64,000 nucleotides of DNA from assembly GCA_030949985.1 (NCBI GenBank), contig JAUZRX010000024.1:2526-66525 (forward strand), in the 5' to 3' direction. The stretch's first letter is position 1. The number at the start of each line of letters is the position of its first letter. Positions 30,279-40,616 of the stretch are shown piece after piece. Source of the stretch: Acidobacteriota bacterium. Lineage in GTDB: Bacteria; Acidobacteriota; Polarisedimenticolia; J045. Below the pieces are notes generated by a model that was not told the DNA's origin, did not search any database, and saw only the letters and a list, made by a program, of their open reading frames with translations. Both the position numbers and the translations under genes were made by a program.

Positions 30279-30989
30279 ATGAAATCCGCCCGCCGCCGGG
30301 CCTGGACACACGCTGGGGCCCTTGCCGCACTCGTCTTCCTGTCGATCAGCCTGGTCGGGTCGGGGGGCTGCGCCGGTGGTCCTCCACCGGTCTTCGATCG
30401 TCCCCCCGCCATCGGTGGGCACCTGCTGCTGCTCGCTCCGCAGCTCCGGCTCGGGGGGGCTCGCCTGGAGGTGGCGGCCGAAGACCTGGGCGAGCTGCTG
30501 GACAAGCTGCTGAGGGAGGGGTTCAGCGGCCGGGGGGTGTCCCTGGCCCGGGAAGAGCCGGCGATTGTCGACGCCTTGCGGCAGAGGCTGACGGCCGCCT
30601 GGGCCCAGCACAGGGGCTCGTCGTCACGGCGCTGGCGCCGGGGGGCGATTCTCGACCTGGGGGAGGCGTCTCGGGCCCGGGGCGCTGCCAGCGTCGCTTT
30701 CGCGGTGCTTTCCGTCTCGGGGGAGTCTTCAGACCGGGGGCTGCCCCTGCCCCCCGACGAGATGATTCCTCTACCCGACGAGCGTGCCGACTACGAGTTG
30801 CTGCGCCCGGGGAGCGCGGGCTCGGCCACGACCCTCGAGCTGGACCTGATCCTGGTGGACCTGCCCACCGGGGTTTTGCGCCTGCATCGACGGGTGGCCT
30901 ACCCGCTGATGCGTCCCGGCCAATGGGTGGACGCCCTCGAAACCCTGGTTCGGGAAGCCACCCGCGGCCTCCAGCCCCGGCACTCCTGA
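30279..30989 (+). CDS. Lipoprotein, unknown function
   Basis: MKSARRRAWTHAGALAALVFLSISLVGSGGCAGG signal plus lipobox; GGAGAGCAGGA RBS. Confidence 0.5.
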   Translation: MKSARRRAWTHAGALAALVFLSISLVGSGGCAGGPPPVFDRPPAIGGHLLLLAPQLRLGGARLEVAAEDLGELLDKLLREGFSGRGVSLAREEPAIVDALRQRLTAAWAQHRGSSSRRWRRGAILDLGEASRARGAASVAFAVLSVSGESSDRGLPLPPDEMIPLPDERADYELLRPGSAGSATTLELDLILVDLPTGVLRLHRRVAYPLMRPGQWVDALETLVREATRGLQPRHS

Positions 30990-31015
30990 CGCGCCCTCCG
31001 ACCGGGTGCGCGGAC

Positions 31016-31040
31016 CGGCCCCGTCAGTGGCCCGGGGCCG
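31016..31040. terminator. 8-bp perfect GC hairpin (CCGGCCCCG...CGGGGCCG) between convergent genes
   Basis: Seen in sequence between the lipoprotein stop (30989) and the radical SAM gene stop (31084). Confidence 0.35.
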
Positions 31041-31083
31041 CCGGGGGATCTTTGCCCGCGGCCGGCGGTGGGGAAGCCTCTAC

Positions 31084-32208
31084 CTATGAATGGCTCGATG
31101 AGGATCGACCGCTGTCGCCGGACGCCCAGAGACCGGGAATCGGGGTCCCGCAAGTCGGGCAGGCGCCCTCGACGAGGTGTCGGCGGAGAACCGTCAGGCC
31201 GTGGCGTTCGATCAGCAGCGTTTCGCAGGCAGGGCAGACGGTGGATTCGGCTCCCGTCCTCCCGGGCAGGTTGCCCGTATAGACGTAGCGCAGCCCCGCC
31301 CTGCGGCCCGCATCGACGGCTCGCAGGAGGTGACTGGGGCTGGTCGCTCCCCGGTCGGTCATCCTGTAATCGGGGTGAAAGGCCGTGACATGCCAGGGGA
31401 TGTCGGGCGAGATGGCGACGAGGAACTCGGCGATCTTTCCGAGTTCCCCGGAGCTGTCGTTGAGGCCCGGAACCACCAGGGTGACGACCTCGAGCCAGAG
31501 CCCGATGTCGTGCACCCTCCGGATCGTTTCGAGCACGTTGTCCAGTACGGCGCCCAGGCGCCGGTAAACCCGGTCCTGGAAGGACTTCAGGTCGATCTTG
31601 ACCATGTCCAGGCGGGGCGCGAGGAACTCGAGCGCTTCCGCCGTTCCGTTACCGTTGCTGACCATGCCGGTCAACATCCCCCTCTCGCGGCAGAGGTCGA
31701 AGACGTCCGCCGCCCACTCCGCGGAGATCAGGGGCTCGTTGTAGGTGCTGACCACCGCCGCGCAGCCGTGGCGCGAGGCCATCGAGGCGATCTGGTCGGG
31801 GGCCATGGGAACGATCTTTGCGGGATCGCTGGATTCCCGGGGGGCCTGGGAGGTGATCCAGTTCTGGCAGTAGCCGCAGTGCATGTCGCAGCCGAGCAGG
31901 CCGAAGGAGAGGGCCCGTGATCCGGGCCGGACGTGGAAAAACGGCTTCTTCTCGATCGGATCCGCCGCCAGGCCTCCCGCCACCCAGCCCCACGGCACCT
32001 GCAGCGCGCCGCGGTCGTTGAAGCGGATGCGGCAGATGCCCGCGCGACCGGGGCGGATCAGGCAGCGATGGGCGCAGGCCACGCAGTGCAGGGCTCCCGG
32101 CTCCGCGGCGGGCCTGCGCAGCTCGTCGCGCCGCCGGGTGTGAGCGCGCAATGCCGTTTCCAGTGAAAGGCCGGAGGAACCGGTTTCCATGGGCGCCCTC
32201 CGTAGCAC
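31084..32208 (-). CDS. Radical SAM enzyme, AmmeMemoRadiSam-system type
   Basis: N-terminal Cys cluster HCVACAHRCLIRPGRAGICRIR, radical SAM GCDMHCGYCQNW (CxxxCxxC); 14 nt downstream of spoVR on the same strand. Confidence 0.7.
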   Translation of the reverse strand: MLRRAPMETGSSGLSLETALRAHTRRRDELRRPAAEPGALHCVACAHRCLIRPGRAGICRIRFNDRGALQVPWGWVAGGLAADPIEKKPFFHVRPGSRALSFGLLGCDMHCGYCQNWITSQAPRESSDPAKIVPMAPDQIASMASRHGCAAVVSTYNEPLISAEWAADVFDLCRERGMLTGMVSNGNGTAEALEFLAPRLDMVKIDLKSFQDRVYRRLGAVLDNVLETIRRVHDIGLWLEVVTLVVPGLNDSSGELGKIAEFLVAISPDIPWHVTAFHPDYRMTDRGATSPSHLLRAVDAGRRAGLRYVYTGNLPGRTGAESTVCPACETLLIERHGLTVLRRHLVEGACPTCGTPIPGLWASGDSGRSSSSHS

Positions 32209-32222
32209 CCCCCGGTCCCATT

Positions 32223-33725
32223 CTACTCCGAGTCGACGCTGGCGACGGCCTTGATTTCCTCTTCGCTGTGTCGGTCGCCGTCGTAGCCCAGGCGGCGGGG
32301 CTTACGGGATACGATGGTCTCCAGGTAGACCGGTCGGCGCCAGATGCGGGCGATCGACGCCAGCACTTCCTGCGCCCAGTCCAGACGCAGTTCGACACCC
32401 TCGTGGTGATGGACCAGGAGCAGTTCCGCCCGATTGCGGTAGTTGCCGTCCACGATCTCGATGATCGGCGTGCCGGCATTGGTCAACTGGAAGAGCAGGG
32501 CCCGCTTGACCTTCTCGAATTCGCGGGAGGCCAGCACCCAGGCCTCCTGGCGGGGGTCCCGTGCGAAGGTGAAGAGCTTGTGCTGGTGGCAGAATTCCGG
32601 GGTCAGAAACTCATCGATGAAGCTCAGGTCGGAGTGGACCTTGCGCACCTCGAAGATCTTTTCCCGCCCCAGGCCGGTCTCCCGTTTCCAGTTGGCCCGT
32701 TCCGCCATGTCGTCGCAACTGCGCCATTCGGGGCCGAATCGTCCCGTATTCCAGCGGAACTCGATGTCCCGGAAGAGCTCGAGGCCCAGCTTGTAGGGGT
32801 TGAGTCGGCCCGGCTGCACGGCTGTGGTTCCCGAGTGGTGATCGGCGAAGTCGATGATTTCGGTGTCGTCGAGCAGGTGCCGGGTCAGGATCGTCGTGTG
32901 CCAGTAACTGGCCCAGCCCTCGTTCATGATCTTGGTCTGGCGCTGGGGCAGGAAGTAGTAGGACTCCTTTCGGATGATGTCCAGCACGTCCTGCTCCCAG
33001 TTCTCCAGCGGCGCATGCTTGAGCAGAAAGCCGAGGATGTCCCGCTGGGGGCGTGCGGGGAAACCGCGACGCTGTTCACGCTCGCGTTCCAGCGCGGCAC
33101 GCTTGCGCTCGATGTACTCCGGCGGGTTGATGAAGGCGTCCATGTAATCCTTGGCCTTCAGGCGCTTGACTTCGATGGGCGCTTCGGAGACGTCTTCGAT
33201 CCGACCCAGGCCGTACTGCTGCTCGAAAGCCGCGTGGGGGTCGATCAGGTCTTCGATGGCCAGGCAGTCATCGAGGAAGCGTTCGATCTTGTCGATTCCG
33301 TGCTGATCGCGGTAACGCCGTACGCGTGTGGCGTGGTTGGCCATCGCGTCGATCATCCGGCGATTGGTGTTGGAGAAGAAGACGTTGTGTTTGAAAAAAT
33401 CGGCGTGGCCGTAGACATGGGCCATGACCAGCTTGTGATCGAGAAAGGAGTTGCCCTCGAGCAGGTAGGCGTAGGTCGGATCGTTGTTGATCACCATCTC
33501 GTAGATCTTGTGCAGGCCGTACTCGTAGGATTTATCGAGTTGCTGGAACTCCATGCCCCAGCGCCAGTGCGGGTAGCGGATGGGAAATCCCGTATAGGCT
33601 GCGAGCTGGTTCATCTGCGCATAGTCGACCATCTCGAAGATGACGGGGAAAGTGTCGAGTCCGTAGCGGGTGGCGACGGCTTCGACTTCCATTTGCAGTT
33701 CGGCGAGTTCCCGCGGCAGCGTCAT
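32223..33725 (-). CDS. spoVR: SpoVR/YcgB family protein
   Basis: 500 aa; [47 protein letters not shown] typical SpoVR; third gene of prkA operon. Confidence 0.9.
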   Translation of the reverse strand: MTLPRELAELQMEVEAVATRYGLDTFPVIFEMVDYAQMNQLAAYTGFPIRYPHWRWGMEFQQLDKSYEYGLHKIYEMVINNDPTYAYLLEGNSFLDHKLVMAHVYGHADFFKHNVFFSNTNRRMIDAMANHATRVRRYRDQHGIDKIERFLDDCLAIEDLIDPHAAFEQQYGLGRIEDVSEAPIEVKRLKAKDYMDAFINPPEYIERKRAALEREREQRRGFPARPQRDILGFLLKHAPLENWEQDVLDIIRKESYYFLPQRQTKIMNEGWASYWHTTILTRHLLDDTEIIDFADHHSGTTAVQPGRLNPYKLGLELFRDIEFRWNTGRFGPEWRSCDDMAERANWKRETGLGREKIFEVRKVHSDLSFIDEFLTPEFCHQHKLFTFARDPRQEAWVLASREFEKVKRALLFQLTNAGTPIIEIVDGNYRNRAELLLVHHHEGVELRLDWAQEVLASIARIWRRPVYLETIVSRKPRRLGYDGDRHSEEEIKAVASVDSE

Positions 33726-33728
33726 CGC

Positions 33729-34838
33729 TCATCTCCCCGTCGAAAGAAACGAACGAATGGCTTCGGGAATGCCTTCCTTGCCCTCGATCACCGTGAGCAC
33801 CACGCGCTCGTCTTCACCGAAGGGTTTTTCGAGATCGTGCAGGTACTGGCCCGATCCGTAGGGGCTTTCCACCTGGCCGTAGGCGAAGAGGTTGAGTTCC
33901 GGGAGAAGGTCCTCCGCCAGCAGTTTGACGCAGGACTCGGTGTCTCCCTGGGACCAGTTGTCGCCGTCGGAGAACTGGAAGAGATAGAGGTTCCACTCCT
34001 CGGGAGGAAAGCGGTCCTGGATGATTTTCTGCACGAGGTGGTAGGAGCTGGAGATCACCGTGCCGCCGCTCTCCCGGGTGCTGAAGAAGGTGTCCCGGTC
34101 GACTTCCCGGGCCTGGGCGTCATGGATGACGAAGACTGTTTCCAGGCCGCGGTACTGGCTGCTCAACCAGGTGTCGATCCAGAACGAAGCGATGCGGACG
34201 ATTTCTTTCTGCTCGTCTCCCATCGATCCGGAGACGTCCATCACGTAGATGATCACCGCGTTGGCCTGGGGCTGGGGATGGGTCTGAAAGGTCCGGTAGC
34301 GTTTGTCTTCGCGGATCGGGATGATGATCGGATTCTTCGGATCATAGACCCCGGCGGCGATCTGCCGTTGCAGCGCCCGCCTGAAGGTGCGCTTGAAATG
34401 CCTGAGGGACTCCGGTCCCGCGTGGGAGATCCCGGTGTAACGTCCCGAGTGGGTTTCGATGTTCTTCTTGCCCCGGGGTTGGATTCGAGGCAGCTCGAGT
34501 TCTTCGCCCAGCAGTTCCGCGAGTTCCTCGATGGTCAGATCGACCTCGAGGATGTGTTCGCCGGGCAGATTGCCGGCCTTGCCCCGGCCGTCACCCTGCT
34601 GGCCGGCAGGTCCCAGAATGCTGCCTTCCTCGCCTTCTCCCTGTCCGACGTGCTGTTGACCGCCGGGGGAGTGGACGAAGCGTGGGGTTTGAATCCGCGG
34701 CAGGGGAATGGAAACGATGTTCTTTCCCTTGCGTCCGAGCATCTCGCCGCGCGACATGAAGCGCCGCAGCTCGTCGCGGACCTTGCCGCGGACGATTTCG
34801 CGGAAGCGTCCGACATCGGTGTCGATCTTGAGGGCCAC
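33729..34838 (-). CDS. yhbH: YeaH/YhbH family protein (DUF444, VWA-like)
   Basis: 369 aa; Gly/Gln-rich linker then [20 protein letters not shown] (MIDAS-like) typical DUF444. Confidence 0.9.
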   Translation of the reverse strand: MALKIDTDVGRFREIVRGKVRDELRRFMSRGEMLGRKGKNIVSIPLPRIQTPRFVHSPGGQQHVGQGEGEEGSILGPAGQQGDGRGKAGNLPGEHILEVDLTIEELAELLGEELELPRIQPRGKKNIETHSGRYTGISHAGPESLRHFKRTFRRALQRQIAAGVYDPKNPIIIPIREDKRYRTFQTHPQPQANAVIIYVMDVSGSMGDEQKEIVRIASFWIDTWLSSQYRGLETVFVIHDAQAREVDRDTFFSTRESGGTVISSSYHLVQKIIQDRFPPEEWNLYLFQFSDGDNWSQGDTESCVKLLAEDLLPELNLFAYGQVESPYGSGQYLHDLEKPFGEDERVVLTVIEGKEGIPEAIRSFLSTGR

Positions 34839-34853
34839 GTTCTGTCCCGCCCG

Positions 34854-36908
34854 TCAGTCCGTGTCCTTGGCATCGCCCCGGGCAAAAATGCTCGCGACGA
34901 AATGCAGCACGTCGGTGGCGCTTTCGTCGTTGTAGCCGTAGTCCTTGATCAGGCGCGCCTTGACCACGTCGATCTTCTCCTGGGTTTCCTTGTCGACGAT
35001 GGAGGTCACCAGGGAAGTCAGCTTGATCGTGTCCTTCTGGTCCTCGAAAAGCTTGAGTTCGAGAGCCTTGTGCAGTCGTTCGTTGGAGCGGTAGTCGAAC
35101 TTCTTCTCGTCCACTGCAAGGGCGCCGATGTAATTCATGATCTCCCGCCGGAAGTCGTCTTTCCGGTTGTCGGGGATGTCGATCTTTTCCTCGATCGAGC
35201 GCATCAGCCGTTCATCGGGTGGCTCGTCCTGGCCGGTGTAGGGGTTGCGGACCTTTTCCCGCTGGGTATAGGCCTTGACATTGTCCAGGTAGTTGGCGCA
35301 GAGCCGGGAGATCGCCGCCTCGTCGGCGGCGATGGCCCGCTGCACCTCGTTCTTGACGATGTCTTCGTACTCCTTGCGCACCTCGGCGAGCAGTTCGCGG
35401 TAGCGCGCGCGATCCTCCTCGTTGCTGATCAGCGAGTGGTGGCGCAGTCCCGCTTCGAGTTCGCGGAGGACCATGAAGGGGTTGATATGGTTGGCGGTGT
35501 CGTCCACCAGCGCGTTGGAGATCTTGTCCTGGATATAGCGCGGCGAGATGCCGTCGAGCCCTTCGCGGGCCGCACTCTTGCGCAGTTCCTTGACGTTGTC
35601 TTCGGTGTAGCCCGGAAGGGTCTTGCCGTTGTAGAGCTTGAGCTTCTGCATCAGCGTCAGGTTGTGCTTCTTGGGCTCTTCCAGCCGCGTCAGCACGGCC
35701 CACATGGCGGCCATCTCGACCGTGTGCGGGGCGATGTGCTTGCCGATGCGCTCGTTGTTGAAGTCTTTCGCGTAGATCTTGATCTCTTCGCTGAGCTTGG
35801 TGATGTAGGGAATGTCGACCTTCACCGTCCGGTCCCGCAGGGCCTCCATGTATTCGTTGTTCAGCAGCTTGCGGTACTCGGGTTCGTTGGTGTGGCCGAT
35901 GATCACCTCGTCGATGTCGGTCTGGGGGAACTTTTTCGGCTTGATCTTGTGCTCCTGGGAGGCGCCGAGCAGGTCGTAGAGGAAGGCGACGTCCAGCTTG
36001 AGGACCTCGACGAACTCGATCAGGCCGCGGTTGGCGATGTTGAATTCGCCGTCGAAGTTGAAAGCGCGGGGATCGGAGTCGGAGCCGTATTGGGCGATCT
36101 TGCGGTAGTTGATGTCGCCGGTCAGTTCGGTGGAGTCCTGGTTCTTCTCATCCTTCGGCTGGAAGGTGCCGATGCCGACGCGGTCCTTTTCGGAGAGAAT
36201 CAGCCGTCGGACTCGAATGTGGGCCAGCACTTGGGCCAGGTCGCCCTCGAAGCGCTGCATCAGCTCGCTGAATTGCTGGCGGCAGAAGGGACAGAGATCG
36301 CGCTCGATGCGTACCTGGTAGTCGGAGCCCGAGGCGTTGAGTTGTTCGACGACCGCCGGGCGAGTGGATTCCGGCAACAGGTGCAGCGGCTCCTCGTGCA
36401 TCGGGCACCAATCGACCGGCGCGCCGGGGTCGTCGGGCTTGGCGGTCCAGCCGAAGGTGTAGAGCATGCCCTCCTGGGAGCGGGAGTAGGCTTCGAGCCC
36501 CTTCTTGAGCAGCCGGACGATGGTGCTCTTGGCCGAGCCTACCGGACCATGGAGCAGGATCACGCGTTTTTCGGTGCCATAGCGCCGGGCGGCGGACTTG
36601 AAGATGTTCATCAACTTCATCAGCGAAATGTCGAGCCCGAAGACACCGTCGATGCCGCCGCCGAGAGGGTCGTCGAAGAAGTGGTAGTGAGTCATCCGCT
36701 TCTTGTTGTCGATGTACTCGGAAGTACCGTAGGACATGATCATGTCGTAGAGGCGCTCGTGGGCGCTGCGCGTGATGCGGGGTTGCTCGCGCACCATGCC
36801 GAGGTAGTCGGTGAAGGATCCGGTCCAGTGCTGCTTTTTGAACTGCTCCCGGTTCTGTGCGCTGGTGATCGCCTCTAGAATGCTCTTGCCGGTGTCTGTG
36901 GTGGCCAT
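34854..36908 (-). CDS. prkA: PrkA/YeaG-family serine protein kinase (AAA+ N-domain)
   Basis: Walker [14 protein letters not shown], 684 aa; start MATTD (track ORF extends 14 codons further). Confidence 0.95.
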   Translation of the reverse strand: MATTDTGKSILEAITSAQNREQFKKQHWTGSFTDYLGMVREQPRITRSAHERLYDMIMSYGTSEYIDNKKRMTHYHFFDDPLGGGIDGVFGLDISLMKLMNIFKSAARRYGTEKRVILLHGPVGSAKSTIVRLLKKGLEAYSRSQEGMLYTFGWTAKPDDPGAPVDWCPMHEEPLHLLPESTRPAVVEQLNASGSDYQVRIERDLCPFCRQQFSELMQRFEGDLAQVLAHIRVRRLILSEKDRVGIGTFQPKDEKNQDSTELTGDINYRKIAQYGSDSDPRAFNFDGEFNIANRGLIEFVEVLKLDVAFLYDLLGASQEHKIKPKKFPQTDIDEVIIGHTNEPEYRKLLNNEYMEALRDRTVKVDIPYITKLSEEIKIYAKDFNNERIGKHIAPHTVEMAAMWAVLTRLEEPKKHNLTLMQKLKLYNGKTLPGYTEDNVKELRKSAAREGLDGISPRYIQDKISNALVDDTANHINPFMVLRELEAGLRHHSLISNEEDRARYRELLAEVRKEYEDIVKNEVQRAIAADEAAISRLCANYLDNVKAYTQREKVRNPYTGQDEPPDERLMRSIEEKIDIPDNRKDDFRREIMNYIGALAVDEKKFDYRSNERLHKALELKLFEDQKDTIKLTSLVTSIVDKETQEKIDVVKARLIKDYGYNDESATDVLHFVASIFARGDAKDTD

Positions 36909-37002
36909 GGTCTGGGCTCCTGTGGCTCGGATTCTCCGGCGGGGCCGCACCGGTCTCGCGGGAGTCCGCGCTGCTGCGGCAGCTTCACTTCGAAGATAGC
37001 TT

Positions 37003-38175
37003 TTGGGAGAAACCGGGGCAATGCAAAAGAGTTACGACACGGGGGCCGCGCTCCGCGGGGAAGGCGCGGTGCTGGTGCTGGAGGGGGCGCTGCATCCTCC
37101 GGGCGTGGCCCTGGTTCGCCGGGGCGAGGTTGTCGCCGCGGTGGATGTCAGCCGGGAGAAAGGCCCCAGCGGGGGGCTCGGAGCGGCCGCGGCGGCCATG
37201 CTGGTGCGGCCGGAGGCCCGGCGGCTCTCGGCCGTGGTGGTGGATTGCGGGCCGGGATCGTTCACCGGGCTGCGGGTGGCCTTGAGCTTTGCGCAGGGAT
37301 TGATCGCCGGGATCCCGGGGCTGGCGGGCTTGGGGGTCGATGCGCCCCGGGTGCTGACTTTCGGCGCCGGGCTGGGCTTTCCGGCACTCGTGGCCATTCC
37401 CTGGGGGCGTCTTCGCGTCTTGCTCGCCGAGGCGGGGATAGACGGCAGGCTGCGGGGCGAGGTGATCGCCCGGGAGGCTCTCTCCGGCCGGGGAGCGATC
37501 GCCGGCCGGGACGTGGCCACCACCGCCGCCGGGGCGTCGCTCGATTTCCCGGCCGGTGTGCAAGCCCATCCGCTGAGCGTGTCTCCGGTGGCCGTGCTGG
37601 CGGAGATGGTCGCCGGAGGCTGTGTGCCCGCCTCCGCCTGGCGGCCCCTGGAGCCGGTCTACCTGGTGCCACCCGATGCCGTGCTGCCGGCTCCCGCCCG
37701 GGTCGCGTCGTCCCCGGCGGCGGTGACGATCTTCGGTCCCTCTCGGCTCGCGGCCCTCGAGGCCTTGCTCGCGGCAGCCTTTGAGCGTCCCTGGAGTCGG
37801 GCCATGGTGCAGGAGGAACTGGCCGATCGGGACGATCGACGGGTCCTGGGGTGGCTCGACCGGGACGGGTGCGTCGGTGCGGCCATCTTCTTGCGCCGGA
37901 CGGGGGACAACCTCGAGATCCTCAACCTGGCGGTGCATCCTGATTATCGTCGGCGGGGCCTGGGGCGTCTTCTCGTGCAGGAGGCGATCGGGCGCGCGCG
38001 GCAGGAGGGGCTGCGGCAGGTGGACCTGGAAGTCTCCGAGGCGAACGTGGCAGCCGTGCGGCTCTACGAGACGGAGGGTTTCGTTCCGGTCGGGAGCCGG
38101 CCGCGCTACTACCCCGACGGCAGCGCCGCACTGCTGATGAGCCTGGTGCTCAGACGGGCTTCGGAGCCGGGATGA
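37003..38175 (+). CDS. tsaB: TsaB (tRNA t6A biosynthesis, YeaZ) fused to RimI GNAT acetyltransferase
   Basis: N-terminal ~220 aa: [33 protein letters not shown] (TsaB). C-terminal ~150 aa: [51 protein letters not shown] (RimI). Confidence 0.8.
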   Translation: MGETGAMQKSYDTGAALRGEGAVLVLEGALHPPGVALVRRGEVVAAVDVSREKGPSGGLGAAAAAMLVRPEARRLSAVVVDCGPGSFTGLRVALSFAQGLIAGIPGLAGLGVDAPRVLTFGAGLGFPALVAIPWGRLRVLLAEAGIDGRLRGEVIAREALSGRGAIAGRDVATTAAGASLDFPAGVQAHPLSVSPVAVLAEMVAGGCVPASAWRPLEPVYLVPPDAVLPAPARVASSPAAVTIFGPSRLAALEALLAAAFERPWSRAMVQEELADRDDRRVLGWLDRDGCVGAAIFLRRTGDNLEILNLAVHPDYRRRGLGRLLVQEAIGRARQEGLRQVDLEVSEANVAAVRLYETEGFVPVGSRPRYYPDGSAALLMSLVLRRASEPG

Positions 38176-38267
38176 AAGCGGCTTTTCCAGCGGTGGGCCC
38201 GGTCGGGGCGGATCTGCCCAGCTGCCGGGCGCTGTGGTAGCCTGCGGAACCGGAGGAAGACTGCCAG

Positions 38268-38939
38268 ATGACCATGTTTGCACCCGCGGACTCGGGGAGG
38301 GCTTCACCGCGCCGCATCCCCATCGCCCGGGAGGGATGGCCTTTCGTCTTGACCCCGCTGGTGGCGGCCGGGTTCGCCCTGCTGGCGGGGTGGGTCTGGG
38401 CGGCCGTGGGATGCGGTCTGCTTGCGGCGGCTTGCGCGGCTTTCTTTCGCGACCCCGATCGCCGCGTCCCGACGGACCCGGCCCTGGTGCTCGCTCCCGC
38501 TGACGGGAAGGTCACCCGGGTCGAGAGGGCGGCCGACGGTCGACTGAAGATCTCGATTTTTCTCAGTGTCTTCGATGTTCACATCAACCGCTGCCCGGTG
38601 GCCGGCAAGGTGCGACGGGTGCGCTACCTGCCGGGGCGCTACCTGGCGGCCAACTTCGAGGCCTCTTCCGCGGAGAACGAGCGCAACGAGGTATGGCTCG
38701 AGACCGAGCGGGGAGAGGTGCGGGTGACCCAGATCGCCGGGGTGATCGCGCGCCGCATTGTCTGCCGGGTGCAGCCGGGGGACGAACTCGCCTCGGGCGC
38801 TCGCTTCGGGTTGATTCGTTTCGGGTCGCGGACTGATCTCGATCTGCCTCCCGAGGCCATGCCCCGCGTGCGACCGGGTGACCGGACGCGGGGCGGCCTG
38901 ACCACGGTGGCCGTGTGGGCCGGCGGGGACGTCGCGTGA
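38268..38939 (+). CDS. psd: Phosphatidylserine decarboxylase proenzyme (short type)
   Basis: FFRDPDR, ADGKV, VHINRCPVAGKV, self-cleavage-site motif FGSR. Confidence 0.85.
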   Translation: MTMFAPADSGRASPRRIPIAREGWPFVLTPLVAAGFALLAGWVWAAVGCGLLAAACAAFFRDPDRRVPTDPALVLAPADGKVTRVERAADGRLKISIFLSVFDVHINRCPVAGKVRRVRYLPGRYLAANFEASSAENERNEVWLETERGEVRVTQIAGVIARRIVCRVQPGDELASGARFGLIRFGSRTDLDLPPEAMPRVRPGDRTRGGLTTVAVWAGGDVA

Positions 38940-39718
38940 GCCTCGCGCCCCCGAAACGGCCGATTCGCGGCCGCTTGCGTGGTGTGGCCGGCTATCTGCC
39001 CGGCGCTCTGACCCTGGGCAACGTGTTGGCGGGATACCTGGCGATCCTGCTGGCTTCCCAGGGACGGCTGCTGACCGCGGCGATCCTGATCTTTGCCGCC
39101 GCCGTGCTGGACGGCCTCGACGGCCGAGTGGCTCGCTTGACGGGGACCACCAGCGACTTCGGCGAAGAACTCGATTCCCTGGCGGATGCGGTCTCCTTTG
39201 CGGTGGCGCCGTCGATCATCGCCTTCCACTTCGCCCTGGCGGATCTGGGCCGGGTGGGGTGGGGGGCCTGTTTCCTCTACGCTGCTTGCGGCGTGATCCG
39301 CCTGGCGCGTTTCAACGCGGCGGCGGGTGAGCACAAGGACTTCATCGGCGTACCCAGTCCCACCGCGGCGGCCGCGGTGGCCTGTCCCGCCCTGTTCACC
39401 GGTGGAGAGACGCTCGCATCCTTCCTCGTGCCGGGCTACCTGTTGCTGGTCGTCGTCATCGGCTTGCTGATGATCTCGCCGGTGCGCTACTTCTCCCCCA
39501 AGAATCTGCGTTTCGGCCCGCGGCCCTACCGGGCCCTGGCTCTCTGGGCGGCGATTCTCGCCGGGTTGATCATGCGTTACGAGTGGGTCGTGCCCGGGCT
39601 GATCCTTCTCTACCTGCTTTCGCCCCTCTTCCGGCCGTGGTTCGGTCGGCGTCGCAAGCGCGCCTCGGTCCCGCGATCCTCCGCGCCGTCCTCCTCTTCC
39701 AGGGACAAAGCCGAATGA
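38936..39718 (+). CDS. pssA: CDP-diacylglycerol--serine O-phosphatidyltransferase (CDP-alcohol PT family)
   Basis: DGLDGRVARLTGTTSDFGEELDSLAD = D-G-x2-A-R...G-x3-D-x3-D motif; GTG overlaps psd stop (GTGA). Confidence 0.85.
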   Translation: MSLAPPKRPIRGRLRGVAGYLPGALTLGNVLAGYLAILLASQGRLLTAAILIFAAAVLDGLDGRVARLTGTTSDFGEELDSLADAVSFAVAPSIIAFHFALADLGRVGWGACFLYAACGVIRLARFNAAAGEHKDFIGVPSPTAAAAVACPALFTGGETLASFLVPGYLLLVVVIGLLMISPVRYFSPKNLRFGPRPYRALALWAAILAGLIMRYEWVVPGLILLYLLSPLFRPWFGRRRKRASVPRSSAPSSSSRDKAE

Positions 39719-39800
39719 AATTCCGGCCGGGGTCGCGTGGTCTTGCCCCTGCGGTGGCGCTGAAGCTAGGATGCCCCTCCTCGCCTCAAGGGAGTCGTCG

Positions 39801-40616
39801 ATGAGAGCCTTGGATTCGTTTTCCCTCGATCAGTGGGAGCCCCGCCCCTGGCTCCGTCGACTCCTGCCCGTTCTGTTGGCTGTCCTGGTGCCGGTGCTTG
39901 CGGGTCATGCCCAGGTGGATGACGGTCTGGATCTCGACAATCCCTTCGACCGGGAGAAGGGCGCCGCTGTGGTCCATGCCCTCGAAGAGCGCTCCCGGAT
40001 CCTGGGCCGGCTGCTCGTGGACTTCTCGCGGGAGTATCGCCGGGTGGCCGTCGAGCGGGCAGCGGTGGCCCGGGAGTTGATCGAAACCCAGGCGGAGATG
40101 GATCGTCAGGTGATTCGGGTGCGGGACCTGACCTTCGAGCAGCTCGAGGCTCTGCGCGACCAGATCGTCGAGGTCCGCCAGCGCTACGACAAGCTGGAAG
40201 TCGACTCGCGGCGCCTGCTCGACGGCCTGCGCCTGCTCTTGCTCGAGCGTGACGCCCTGGACCAGCGCATCGCGGAGATCCGTGCCGAGACGCCGGGCTT
40301 CGAAGAGATCCTGTCCGGCGTCTGGGAGGTCACCTGGCTTCCGGCGGGGACCACGGGCACTTTCTATCTCGACCAGTCGGGCACTCTCGTCACGGGGCAG
40401 TACCGGCTGGGCGCCAGGCGCTCCGGTTCTCTGCGAGGGACCTTCGTGGGCAACAAGATCCAGCTCGAACGGGTCGATGCGGAACGTGGCCGCGATGCGG
40501 AACTCGAGGGTTTCCTCGACGAGGAAGGCGGCGTGATCCGCGGCACCTGGCAGTCCTTCGAAATGGTTCAGGGGGGGCTGCCCCACGGACAGTGGGTCGC
40601 CCGAAGGGTCCGGTGA
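39801..40616 (+). CDS. Secreted coiled-coil protein, unknown function
   Basis: Signal peptide MRALDSF...LLPVLLAVLVPVLAGHAQ; GGGAG RBS; stop overlaps lolE start. Confidence 0.5.
   Translation: MRALDSFSLDQWEPRPWLRRLLPVLLAVLVPVLAGHAQVDDGLDLDNPFDREKGAAVVHALEERSRILGRLLVDFSREYRRVAVERAAVARELIETQAEMDRQVIRVRDLTFEQLEALRDQIVEVRQRYDKLEVDSRRLLDGLRLLLLERDALDQRIAEIRAETPGFEEILSGVWEVTWLPAGTTGTFYLDQSGTLVTGQYRLGARRSGSLRGTFVGNKIQLERVDAERGRDAELEGFLDEEGGVIRGTWQSFEMVQGGLPHGQWVARRVR

Noticed and set aside
28606-30282. 558-aa plus-strand ORF
   Set aside because: Antisense to the ALDH7 gene
32151-36878. 1575-aa plus-strand ORF
   Set aside because: Antisense shadow of prkA-yhbH-spoVR. The translated product is low-complexity (V/L/G/D-rich) with no motifs, whereas the minus strand encodes three strongly recognisable proteins. 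Long antisense ORFs are expected at ~70% GC
36909-37002. Sigma-54 promoter upstream of prkA
   Set aside because: I looked for TGGCAC-N5-TTGC in the divergent prkA/tsaB spacer and found only a weak TTGCA without the GG element
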